A DNA stretch of 20,000 nt from contig JBFGJH010000010.1 of the NCBI GenBank assembly GCA_041577335.1, positions 50,247 to 70,246 of the forward strand, written 5' to 3'. Source of the DNA: Acidimicrobiia bacterium. Its GTDB lineage: Bacteria; Actinomycetota; Acidimicrobiia; Spongiisociales; JAENVV01. The position numbers were made by a program, and so were the translations under genes. The notes beneath the pieces are model-generated. The model was given only the letters and a program-made list of their open reading frames with translations, did no database searches and was not told the DNA's origin. Of the stretch, positions 7,603 through 16,285 are shown piece by piece (positions within the stretch are counted from its first letter, which is position 1; every line of letters begins with the position of its first letter).

Positions 7603-8606
7603 AGATTCTCGTTGCCGACGACAGTCCGGTGATCCGTTCCGCGCTCACTGCCATCCTCACCGAGCACGATTACGACGTCGTTACCGCAGAGGACGGGATC
7701 GAAACGATCCAGGCGTTCTACGCCGAACGGCCCGATCTGGTGGTTCTCGATCTCCAGATGCCCCGGATGACGGGATACATGGCCTGTCGAATGTTGAAAG
7801 ACGACTGGTCGACTGCCACTGTCCCGATTCTCATCCTCACGGCGTACGAATCTGCAGAGGATCGTTATTGGGCAGACAAGTCAGGTGCCGATGGCTACCT
7901 CACGAAGGAATCGTTGGGCGAGGAACTCGTGGCCGCCATCAAGTCTGCCCTGGTGAGCAGGGCACTGAGCGACCTGAGTGACAACGGGGCGGATCCTCAT
8001 GAGCTCGAAGAGGTCGACGTGCTGTCACGGCTGACCGAGATGCTGGATCGCAAGCTGTTCGAATCGACGATCGCGAATGACGTCATGACATTGACTGCCC
8101 GATCGTACGACTTGGAGGCCACGGTGGACGAGATTCTGTTCATCTTGCGGCGCTTCGTCGCATACGATGCTGCGGCAATCTCGGTAGCAAGCGATCCGAC
8201 CGTGATCGTGAGGTTGGATCACCCGATTTCTCAAGTCGCGATCAAGCGGTTCACCGATCGGGCGGTTGCCGATCTCGGCGAGCGAGTGACCTCCGGGTTG
8301 AGCCCATCGCAGGTTCATATCGTCATCGGCGAAGCCGACAGGGATTGCACCCCCATCGAGATCGAGGAGAACTGGCCGTCCGTGTTCTCGATCACTTTGC
8401 GCCTGCGCAACGAAGTCATCGGAACTCTGACGCTGGCGTCCGCTCAAGATCAGGCCTACCCACCACAAGTGGCCCGTACGCTCAGAACGGTTGAATCACC
8501 CATTGCCACGGTCGTCGACTCGGCGATTCATCGCCGGCGACGGCTTCAGGATACGGCCCGGCAGAGTCTTTCCAGCCTCTACGCTTTCGACGAAGAAGCT
8601 TCCTGA
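7599..8606 (+). CDS. Response regulator: N-terminal REC plus C-terminal GAF-like domain, no enzymatic or DNA-binding output visible
   Basis: REC motifs ILVADDS, LDLQMP, ILILTA and GADGYLTK. The C-terminal half (LEATVDEIL...ITLRLRNEVIGTLTLAS....Y......L......IA) resembles GAF. ATGA overlap with the cheA-like gene. Confidence 0.8.
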   Translation: MKILVADDSPVIRSALTAILTEHDYDVVTAEDGIETIQAFYAERPDLVVLDLQMPRMTGYMACRMLKDDWSTATVPILILTAYESAEDRYWADKSGADGYLTKESLGEELVAAIKSALVSRALSDLSDNGADPHELEEVDVLSRLTEMLDRKLFESTIANDVMTLTARSYDLEATVDEILFILRRFVAYDAAAISVASDPTVIVRLDHPISQVAIKRFTDRAVADLGERVTSGLSPSQVHIVIGEADRDCTPIEIEENWPSVFSITLRLRNEVIGTLTLASAQDQAYPPQVARTLRTVESPIATVVDSAIHRRRRLQDTARQSLSSLYAFDEEAS

Positions 8607-8638
8607 CCAAGACGCGCGGGAGCGGTTGAAGGGACGTG

Positions 8639-9484
8639 ATGAACGGGACCACCGTTGCGCTGATCGCAGGCCTCACCACCGTGGCCGCGATCGCGATCTT
8701 GTTGACCGTGATGGCGCGCCGCACCGCCGAAGAAGCGCGGAACGAGATGTTACGAGCCGCCGTGCTCAAGAATGACTTCGTGTCGATGGTCAGCCACGAA
8801 CTGAGGACTCCGCTGACGTCGATTCAGGGGTTTGCGGTGACGCTGCAGGAAGCGTGGCGAGATCTGCCGCCGGAGGAGATCGAAGAGTTCTTGAAGATCA
8901 TTGCGGTCCAGTCGCAGCACCTGCAAGATCTCGTGGAGGACATTCTCACCATCCCGCGCCTCGACGCTGGACGTTTGCGTCTCGAGCGGGACACATTTGA
9001 TCTCTCCGAGCTGACGCACGAGGTTGCGGCGGTCACCTTCCCCGTGGGGTCCGAGCAGCAAATCGCCATCGAGATCCCCGGTGGCGTCGAGGTATTCTCC
9101 GATAGGAAGCGGGTTGGGCAGGTGCTCCGCAACCTTCTCGACAACGCACGGAAGTACGGGGGCGATCAGGTACTGGTCGAAGGCGCCATGGTTGGTGAGG
9201 AGTACATGGTCGTCGTCTCGGACAATGGGCCTGGGGTGCCTCCTGCTGAGCGCGACGTTATCTTCCGTCACTTTGAACAGCTCTCCAAGGGCGATGCCCG
9301 TTCGAACCAGGGCATTGGGCTGGGATTGCCGATTGCCCGTCAGCTCGCAAAAGCGATGGGCGGCGACGTCTGGCACGAAACTCGTTTTCCGACGGGTAGC
9401 CGTTTCTGTTTTACGCTCGACATCAGGCCGGACCAGGCCACATCCGCCGAAGTGTCCTATACGGCTGAGCGGCGGACCAGGTAG
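8639..9484 (+). CDS. Membrane-anchored HisKA/HATPase histidine kinase lacking a sensor domain
   Basis: One N-terminal hydrophobic helix, then H-box SHELRTPLTSI, N-box NLLDNARKY, G1 DNGPG and G2 GIGLGL. ATG 8639, or GTG 8636. Confidence 0.88.
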   Translation: MNGTTVALIAGLTTVAAIAILLTVMARRTAEEARNEMLRAAVLKNDFVSMVSHELRTPLTSIQGFAVTLQEAWRDLPPEEIEEFLKIIAVQSQHLQDLVEDILTIPRLDAGRLRLERDTFDLSELTHEVAAVTFPVGSEQQIAIEIPGGVEVFSDRKRVGQVLRNLLDNARKYGGDQVLVEGAMVGEEYMVVVSDNGPGVPPAERDVIFRHFEQLSKGDARSNQGIGLGLPIARQLAKAMGGDVWHETRFPTGSRFCFTLDIRPDQATSAEVSYTAERRTR

Positions 9485-9525
9485 TTGTAGCAAGCCTCTG
9501 CTCGGCGAAATCCGGCGCGTGGGGA

Positions 9526-9554
9526 GCCGACAATCACAGGCATGTGATTTCGGC
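9526..9554. other. Inverted repeat between the kinase and pcrA (terminator-like hairpin or operator)
   Basis: GCCGA-c-AATCACA-GGCA-TGTGATT-TCGGC: 12 bp with one bulge. Confidence 0.45.
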
Positions 9555-9596
9555 ACCCAATCCGCGGTACCATCGGAGCAACGCGGAGGAGAATTG

Positions 9597-11840
9597 GTGT
9601 CCACGTTGTTCTCGGACCTGGCCGACCCAGCTGAGTCTGACCTGTTTGAAGATCTGAATCCCACCCAACGAGAAGCCGTCGCTGCCACCGAGGGCCCGGT
9701 GCTCGTCGTGGCCGGGGCGGGCTCCGGCAAGACGCGCGTGCTGACCTACCGGATCGCCCACCTCGTTCGCGATCTGGGCATATCCCCGACATCGATTCTG
9801 GCGATCACCTTCACCAACAAGGCAGCAGATGAAATGAAGGAACGAGTTGGCTCGTTGGTCGGGGGAGCCATCCGAGCGATGTGGGTGTCGACCTTTCATA
9901 GCGCTTGCGTGCGCATCCTCCGTCGCGAAGCGCACCGCTTCGGCTACCGCTCGTCGTTCAGTATCTACGATGCCGCCGACTCGCTTCGGCTGATCACACA
10001 ATGTGTCAAAGACCTCGACCTCGATCCCAAGCGCTTTCCGCCGCGCAACATTCGTGCCACGATTTCAAACGCCAAGAACGAGCTCATCGACTACGAGACG
10101 TTCCTTGGCCGCGACTCTGGCTTCTTCCACGAACAGGTCGCCGATGTGTACCGGCTCTACCAGCAGCGGTTGCTGGAGGCGTCGGCGATGGACTTCGACG
10201 ACCTGCTCAAGGTCACGGTTGAGCTATTCGGGGCATTTCCCGACGCGCTCGAGCAATACCAGCAGCAGTTCCGGTACGTGATGGTGGACGAGTATCAGGA
10301 CACCAACCACGCGCAGTACAAGCTCATCCAGCAACTCTCCAGCATTCATCGCAACCTGTGCGTCGTCGGCGACGGCGACCAGTCTGTGTATGCCTTCCGC
10401 GGCGCCGATATCCGCAATATCAACGAGTTCGAGAAGGACTACCCCGACGCCAAGGTCATCGTTCTCGATCAGAACTATCGATCGACATCGACCGTGCTCG
10501 AAGCAGCCAACGGCGTCATCGTCAACAACCGCGCCAGGAAAGACAAACGGCTGTGGACCGACCGCGACCAGGGCGACCCGATCCGGGTCTACAACGCCCA
10601 GGATGAGCATGATGAGGCCGGGTTCGTCGCTGAGCGGATCGGGGAACTCGAAGCCGCCGGTCGCTCCCTGTCCGACATCGCGGTCTTCTATCGCACGAAC
10701 GCACAGTCGCGGGTGATCGAAGACATGCTCGGCCGTCACCAGGTTCCGTACAACGTTGTCGGGGGCCTGAAGTTCTACGAGCGTCGCGAGATCAAGGATG
10801 CGCTGGCCTACCTTCGCGTCCTGGTGAATCCCGACGACCAGGTCGCCCTCAAACGCATCATCAATGTGCCGCGGCGCGCCATTGGAGACACCACGGTCGG
10901 TCACATCGACCGATTTGCCGAGTACCACAGCATCACGTTTCACGAGGCACTGCGGCGCGTCGACGAGATTGGGCCGTTGAATTCGCGCGCCAAGGGCAAG
11001 GTCAAGGAGTTCATGGTGCTCTATGACCTGCTGATCGAACGAGCTGAGCAGGGGGGCCCACAAAGTGCCCTGGAAGGTGTGCTGAGCGACACTGGCTATC
11101 TCAGCGAGATCGAAGCCGAAAAGACCATCGAAGCGCTTGGGCGTTATGAAAACCTGCGGGAGCTCCAGACGGGTGTCGATGAGTACGTGGCCGGCATGGA
11201 AGGGTCGCTGGTGGAAGGCGTCGAGTGGGCCGACTTGTCCGGAATGGAGCAGCTCGTCCAGTACATTGCCACGATTTCGCTGGTGGCGGACATCGACGAG
11301 TTCGACAAGAGCGCCGATGCGGTCACGATCATGACGCTCCATAACGCCAAAGGCCTCGAGTTCCCGGTTGTGTTCATCGTCGGCATGGAGGAGGGAGTGT
11401 TCCCGCACCAGCGCAGCTTGGGAAGCCCTGAGGAGCTCGAGGAAGAGCGGCGTCTCTGCTACGTCGGGATCACTCGGGCGATGGACAGCCTCTACCTGTC
11501 ACACGCCGATTCCCGGATGATGTTTGGCATGTCCAACTCCAACTTCGCTTCACGATTCCTTGCAGAGCTTCCCGACGGAACCGCCGAACCGGTCCAGCGG
11601 GAGCGAAAACCCGATCGGGAACGAGCAACAGGGCCACGAACGAGCGTCACCGGGAGCGACATCTCGATTGGTGATCTCGTTCGCCATGACATGTTCGGCA
11701 CGGGGACGGTTGTCGAGATGGCAGGTGACGACGCGGCCGCCGAGGCCCAAATCTCCTTCCCGGGCCATGGCCTCAAACGTCTGCTGCTTGCCTGGGCGCC
11801 CCTCGTGAAGGTCGGCCCGGACGGGTCCGGGCCGAGTTAG
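9597..11840 (+). CDS. pcrA: ATP-dependent DNA helicase PcrA/UvrD
   Basis: GTG start after SD GGAGGA (9585-9590), giving 747 aa. Motifs LNPTQREAV, AGAGSGKT, TFTNKAA, DEYQD, GDGDQS.Y.FRGA, NYRS, TLHNAKGLEF, EERRLCYVGITRA, plus a C-terminal Tudor-like domain (GDLVRHDMFGTG). Confidence 0.96.
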   Translation: MSTLFSDLADPAESDLFEDLNPTQREAVAATEGPVLVVAGAGSGKTRVLTYRIAHLVRDLGISPTSILAITFTNKAADEMKERVGSLVGGAIRAMWVSTFHSACVRILRREAHRFGYRSSFSIYDAADSLRLITQCVKDLDLDPKRFPPRNIRATISNAKNELIDYETFLGRDSGFFHEQVADVYRLYQQRLLEASAMDFDDLLKVTVELFGAFPDALEQYQQQFRYVMVDEYQDTNHAQYKLIQQLSSIHRNLCVVGDGDQSVYAFRGADIRNINEFEKDYPDAKVIVLDQNYRSTSTVLEAANGVIVNNRARKDKRLWTDRDQGDPIRVYNAQDEHDEAGFVAERIGELEAAGRSLSDIAVFYRTNAQSRVIEDMLGRHQVPYNVVGGLKFYERREIKDALAYLRVLVNPDDQVALKRIINVPRRAIGDTTVGHIDRFAEYHSITFHEALRRVDEIGPLNSRAKGKVKEFMVLYDLLIERAEQGGPQSALEGVLSDTGYLSEIEAEKTIEALGRYENLRELQTGVDEYVAGMEGSLVEGVEWADLSGMEQLVQYIATISLVADIDEFDKSADAVTIMTLHNAKGLEFPVVFIVGMEEGVFPHQRSLGSPEELEEERRLCYVGITRAMDSLYLSHADSRMMFGMSNSNFASRFLAELPDGTAEPVQRERKPDRERATGPRTSVTGSDISIGDLVRHDMFGTGTVVEMAGDDAAAEAQISFPGHGLKRLLLAWAPLVKVGPDGSGPS
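11812..11835. repeat. Perfect 11-bp/2-nt-centre palindrome in the last codons of pcrA
   Basis: TCGGCCCGGAC-GG-GTCCGGGCCGA. Confidence 0.75.
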
Positions 11841-12044
11841 TCGTGCCGCCCTTCGTGCGGCCAGAAGTCGCACAATGTGCGAATCCTTTGCAGTTTGGGC
11901 AGCAAACTACGATCCCCGTCGGCTGGGCGTACACGCCGCTCACCTCAGGTTTGACGGCCTCAACTCAGGCAGCGCCCAAGGCAGGTCTCCGGTCCAGGGT
12001 CGGCGACAAGCGGAGCCTCCGGTCCCACTAGGCTCACGGACGTT

Positions 12045-12440
12045 ATGCCGCGCAGAATCCTCATCGCCAAGCCGGGCCTCGACGGCCACGACCGCGGGGC
12101 CAAGGTGATCGCCAGGGCGCTTCGTGACGCCGGCAACGAAGTCATCTACTCCGGTCTGCACCAGACGCCCGAGCAGATCGCGGAGACAGCCATTCAGGAA
12201 GACGTCGATGCGATCGGACTCTCGGTTCTCAGCGGCGCCCACATGACTCTGTTTCCTCGCGTCGTCGAGGCTCTCACCGCTCGCGGAGTCGATGACATCG
12301 TGGTCTTCGGCGGCGGCATCATTCCCGATGAGGACATCGAACCGCTCCACGAGGCGGGCCTGGCAGGCATCTTCACACCGGGAGCACCCCTGTCCGAGAT
12401 AACGGAATGGGTCGACACCAATATTTCCGAGCGCTTTTAG
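12045..12440 (+). CDS. Cobalamin-binding small subunit of an acyl-CoA mutase (methylmalonyl-/isobutyryl-CoA mutase; IcmB-like)
   Basis: 131 aa with the B12-binding motif DGHDRG (DxHxxG), SVLSGAH and GGIIP. Standalone domain; no large subunit in the window. Confidence 0.93.
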   Translation: MPRRILIAKPGLDGHDRGAKVIARALRDAGNEVIYSGLHQTPEQIAETAIQEDVDAIGLSVLSGAHMTLFPRVVEALTARGVDDIVVFGGGIIPDEDIEPLHEAGLAGIFTPGAPLSEITEWVDTNISERF

Positions 12441-12471
12441 GCGGTCGCGTACGGCGCGACTGCTGATTCTT
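12441..12471 (+). terminator. Hairpin right after the mutase-subunit stop; possible terminator
   Basis: GCGGTCGCGT-ACG-GCGCGACTGC (10 bp with two G-U pairs) followed by TGATTCTT. Confidence 0.4.
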
Positions 12472-12506
12472 CGAACCCATCCGCCCATCAGTAGAGAAAG
12501 ACCACG

Positions 12507-13730
12507 ATGAAGATCCACGAATATCAGGCAAAAGAACTCATGAAGGCGCGCGGCATCCCGGTCCCGCTCGGCACGATGGTCACGACCGCCGAAGAGGCCG
12601 CCAACGCAGTGAGGCCGCTCGTGGAGGCGTCGGGTAATCCCGTTGTCGTTGTGAAATCCCAAATCCACGCCGGGGGGCGAGGCAAGGGTCGATTCAAGGA
12701 GCACCCAGATCTGGGAGGGGTGACCGTCGTCACCGACGGCATCTCTGGGGGTGTCGATGCTGCCGAGGCGGCCGTGCGGCAACTGGCAGGCCAGATGCTC
12801 GGCTCGACGCTGGTCACGATCCAAACCGGGCCGGAGGGCAAGCAGGTGAATCGCCTGTACGTCGAACAGGGCATCGATATCGACCGGGAGCTCTATCTCT
12901 CTGTCGTGCTGGATCGGGCGGTCTCACGAAACATCCTCATGGTCTCGACCGAAGGTGGCACCGAGATCGAAGAGGTGGCCGAGCACACCCCCGAGAAGAT
13001 CCTCAAAGCTGAGATCGACCCGGCCATCGGGCTCGCCGACTTCCAAGCCAACTCGCTTGCCTACGGCCTCGGCCTCGAGGGCGACGCTTTCAAGAACGGC
13101 GTTCGCTTCATGAAGGCGCTTGCCCAACTCGCCACCGACCTGGACACCGATCTCGTCGAGATCAATCCTTTGGTTGTCACCACGAGTGGCGAGGTCATGG
13201 CACTTGACGGGAAGATGGGGTTCGACGCCAGCGCCCTCTTCCGGCATCCCGAGGTTGCGGAGATGCGCGACGAGTCCGAGGAGGACCCGGCTGAGCTCGA
13301 AGCATCGGAATACGATCTCTCGTTCATCAAGCTCGACGGCACGATCGGCTGCATGGTCAATGGCGCAGGTTTGGCCATGTCGACCATGGACATCATCAAA
13401 TACGTTGGTGGGGAACCGGCCAATTTCCTCGACGTCGGTGGTGGCGCGACTGCCGACAAGGTGACGGCGGCATTCAAGATCATCACCAAAGACCCCAACG
13501 TGAAGGGCATCTTTGTCAATATCTTCGGCGGGATCATGAAATGCGACACCATCGCTGAAGGTGTCGTGGAGGCGGTCAAGGAGGTCGGGCTGCAGGTCCC
13601 CCTGGTCGTGCGGCTCGAAGGCACCAACGTGGAGTTGGGAAAGCGAATCATCGATGAGTCCGGTCTCAACGTGGTGAGCGCCGTCGATATGAAGGACGGA
13701 GCCCAGAAGATCGTGGAGTTGGCCAAATGA
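12507..13730 (+). CDS. sucC: Succinate--CoA ligase beta subunit
   Basis: [49 protein letters not shown] and VRLEGTN. Confidence 0.97.
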   Translation: MKIHEYQAKELMKARGIPVPLGTMVTTAEEAANAVRPLVEASGNPVVVVKSQIHAGGRGKGRFKEHPDLGGVTVVTDGISGGVDAAEAAVRQLAGQMLGSTLVTIQTGPEGKQVNRLYVEQGIDIDRELYLSVVLDRAVSRNILMVSTEGGTEIEEVAEHTPEKILKAEIDPAIGLADFQANSLAYGLGLEGDAFKNGVRFMKALAQLATDLDTDLVEINPLVVTTSGEVMALDGKMGFDASALFRHPEVAEMRDESEEDPAELEASEYDLSFIKLDGTIGCMVNGAGLAMSTMDIIKYVGGEPANFLDVGGGATADKVTAAFKIITKDPNVKGIFVNIFGGIMKCDTIAEGVVEAVKEVGLQVPLVVRLEGTNVELGKRIIDESGLNVVSAVDMKDGAQKIVELAK

Positions 13731-14653
13731 GTGTGCTCGTCAACATCCAAACCAGGTTGCTGGTCCAAGGCCTCGGAAAGACCGGCCAGTTCCACACGAA
13801 TACCGCCATCGCCTACGGGACCAACGTCGTCGGCGGGGTGCATCCCTCTCGAGCCGGCACGGTGATGACGTTCGAAGGCGAGACCGACCACAGTGGCGTC
13901 CAGGGCCGTGCCGACAGCTTCCGGGTGGACGTGCCCATTCATCGGTCGGTGGCCGAGGCGGTGGACGCCACGGGAGCCAACGCATCCGTGGTCTATGTTC
14001 CGCCACCTTTCGCAGCCGACGCCATCATGGAAGCGGCGGCTGCCGGCGTGGAGCTGATCGTTTGTATCACCGAGGGCATCCCGGTCGGTGACATGGTGAA
14101 GGCCAAGCGATACCTGGCTGACAAAGCCGTGCGCCTGGTGGGCCCGAATTGCCCGGGCGTGATCACCCCCGAGCAGTGCAAGATCGGCATCATGCCTGGG
14201 TACATCCACACGCCGGGCAAGATAGGGGTCGTGTCGAGGTCCGGGACGCTGACGTACGAGGCAGTGTTCCAGCTCACCAACAACGGCCTCGGCCAAACAA
14301 CCGCCATCGGCATCGGCGGGGACCCGGTCAACGGAACCAACTTCGTCGACTGCCTCGACCTCTTCAACAATGATCCGGCTACCGAAGGCGTCATCATGAT
14401 TGGCGAAATCGGTGGAACCGCCGAGGAAGAGGCAGCAGAGTGGGTGACCGCGAACATGACGAAGCCGGTCGCGGGCTTCATCGCCGGCACGACGGCACCA
14501 CCAGGAAAGCGCATGGGTCACGCGGGAGCCATCATCTCCGGTGGCAAGGGAACTGCAGCAGACAAGATCGAGGCCATGACCGCAGCCGGCATCGTGGTTG
14601 CTCCGACTCCCACCGACATGGGCACGGCCATGATGGAAGCCCTCGAACGCTGA
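13727..14653 (+). CDS. sucD: Succinate--CoA ligase alpha subunit
   Basis: [33 protein letters not shown] and phospho-His motif MGHAGA. ATGA overlap with sucC. Confidence 0.97.
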   Translation: MSVLVNIQTRLLVQGLGKTGQFHTNTAIAYGTNVVGGVHPSRAGTVMTFEGETDHSGVQGRADSFRVDVPIHRSVAEAVDATGANASVVYVPPPFAADAIMEAAAAGVELIVCITEGIPVGDMVKAKRYLADKAVRLVGPNCPGVITPEQCKIGIMPGYIHTPGKIGVVSRSGTLTYEAVFQLTNNGLGQTTAIGIGGDPVNGTNFVDCLDLFNNDPATEGVIMIGEIGGTAEEEAAEWVTANMTKPVAGFIAGTTAPPGKRMGHAGAIISGGKGTAADKIEAMTAAGIVVAPTPTDMGTAMMEALER

Positions 14654-14690
14654 CGGTGGGGAGGACGAGATAGCTGATCCAATAGGTGGG

Positions 14691-15641
14691 GTGTTCATCA
14701 CTGGCGGCTCGGGCTTCGTGGGAGGCGCCCTCATCAGTGCCTGGGCCAAGCGGGGGGTCGTGAAGGCGATGGCCCGCTCGGATACCAGCGCCACCACGGT
14801 CACTGAGCTGGGCGCCGAGGCTGTGCGATGCTCGCTCGAGTCGGTGACGGCGGACCATCTCCAAGGTTGTGACACGGTGATTCACGCCGCGGCGCGGGTC
14901 GAGGAGTGGGGCACTCGCGAGGAGTTCTGGCAGGCCAACGTTGCAGGAACCGAGCGATTGCTGGCAGCCGCCCACCAGGCTGGCGTCGCGACCTTCCTAC
15001 ATGTCTCCACCGACTCGGTGCTCTTCACCGGCGACCATCTCCGCAACGTCGACGAGACGGCTCCCTATCCGCCACGGTCGTCGTTCCCATACGCTGCGTC
15101 CAAGGCCGAGGCGGAGCGCCTGGTCCTCGCCGCCAACGAGGCGACTATGCGCACGGTGGCGGTGCGGCCTGTCCTCATATGGGGGCCCGGTGACCGCACG
15201 GTGTTGCCCGTGCTCGCCGAACTGGTTCGCGATAACAAGTTCGTGTGGATCGACCATGGCCGCACGCGTGTGTCCACGACGCATATCGATAACCTCGTTC
15301 ACGGCGTGGCGCTGGCCATCTCGCAAGGCAAAGGCGGTCAGGCGTATTACCTCTCCGATGATGAAACGTTGACCCAACGGGAGTTTGTCAGTCGCTATCT
15401 CGCGACGGTGGGCGCTGAGCCTACAGATCGTTCGCTCCCCGGTCCTGTTGCCCGGGTCGCTGCGAATATCGTCGAGCCGGTCTGGCAGCGTTTTCGGCCT
15501 GCAAGTCCGCCTCCTTTCACGCGCCTGGCCGCTTACCTCCTGTCACGTGAGTCGACTGTCTCCATCGACAAGGCGAAACGCGAGTTGGGGTACACGCCGG
15601 TGGTCACGATCAACGAGGGGTTGGCGCGGCTCCCTGGATGA
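14691..15641 (+). CDS. Extended SDR / NAD-dependent epimerase-dehydratase (3-beta-HSD-like)
   Basis: TGGSGFVG Rossmann motif, HAAA, N..GT, HVST, catalytic YAASK and RP..IWGPGD. The start is uncertain: GTG 14691, or ATA 14670 (see findings). Confidence 0.9.
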   Translation: MFITGGSGFVGGALISAWAKRGVVKAMARSDTSATTVTELGAEAVRCSLESVTADHLQGCDTVIHAAARVEEWGTREEFWQANVAGTERLLAAAHQAGVATFLHVSTDSVLFTGDHLRNVDETAPYPPRSSFPYAASKAEAERLVLAANEATMRTVAVRPVLIWGPGDRTVLPVLAELVRDNKFVWIDHGRTRVSTTHIDNLVHGVALAISQGKGGQAYYLSDDETLTQREFVSRYLATVGAEPTDRSLPGPVARVAANIVEPVWQRFRPASPPPFTRLAAYLLSRESTVSIDKAKRELGYTPVVTINEGLARLPG

Positions 15642-15667
15642 GAAACGAGATCCGGCGCTTCGTGGCC

Positions 15668-15673
15668 TAAGAT
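15668..15673 (+). promoter_or_regulatory. -10 hexamer positioned for a leaderless purN transcript
   Basis: TAAGAT, then 6 nt, then the purN GTG. No SD sequence upstream. Confidence 0.5.
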
Positions 15674-15679
15674 CGCCCG

Positions 15680-16285
15680 GTGCGAGTGGTGGTACTTGTT
15701 TCAGGCGCAGGCTCGAATCTGCAGGCGTTGCTGGACGCCGTCCGCTCTGATCCCGATTTTGGAGTTGAGGTCGTCGGCGTGATCGCCGACCACAGCGACG
15801 CAGGAGGTCTTCAGAGGGCGGAGGCTGCCGGCGTCGACACGCTCGTGGTCCGATGGGGTGATCATGCCTCACGGGAAGACTTCACCGGGGCAATCGTTGC
15901 CGGCGCGAAGGCTTTGGGAGCTGATGCGTTGATCCTGGCCGGCTTCATGCGGGTATTGAGTCGCGAAGCGGTGTCCACCTTCCCGATCCTCAACATCCAC
16001 CCCGCGCTATCTCCCGCATTTCCGGGAGCAAACGCGGTCGAGGAGGCATTGGCATACGGGGTCAAGACCACCGGAGTGACGGTGCACTTTGTCGACGAGT
16101 TCGTCGATCACGGTCCGATCATCGCCCAAGAGGCAGTGGACGTGGAGCCCGACGACACACCCCAGTCGCTCCATGAGAGGATTCGCAAGGTCGAACATCG
16201 CCTTTACCCAGAGGTGATTCGGGCCTTTGCCAAAGGCCGCCTCCGCGTCGACGGGCGTGTGGTGTATTGGCGAGCCGATGATTGA
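15680..16285 (+). CDS. purN: Phosphoribosylglycinamide formyltransferase
   Basis: VLVSGAGSNLQAL, LAGFMRVL, NIHP, G.TVHFV...VD.GPIIAQ and EH.LYP. Confidence 0.96.
   Translation: MRVVVLVSGAGSNLQALLDAVRSDPDFGVEVVGVIADHSDAGGLQRAEAAGVDTLVVRWGDHASREDFTGAIVAGAKALGADALILAGFMRVLSREAVSTFPILNIHPALSPAFPGANAVEEALAYGVKTTGVTVHFVDEFVDHGPIIAQEAVDVEPDDTPQSLHERIRKVEHRLYPEVIRAFAKGRLRVDGRVVYWRADD

Noticed and set aside
9024..9596. 191-aa N-terminal extension of PcrA in the ORF track
   Set aside because: It overlaps the kinase gene out of frame. A strong SD at 9585-9590 and the start of helicase similarity support GTG 9597.
11978..12040. Cobalamin riboswitch near the B12-binding gene (minus strand reads CCGGAGACCTGCC, like a B12-box 3' end)
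   Set aside because: It is on the wrong strand for the gene, and the upstream GGGAA, CCCGC and GCCACTG core elements are not evident.
16227..16277. TTG 16227 as the purH start
   Set aside because: It lies well inside purN. PurH similarity begins at ATG 16278.
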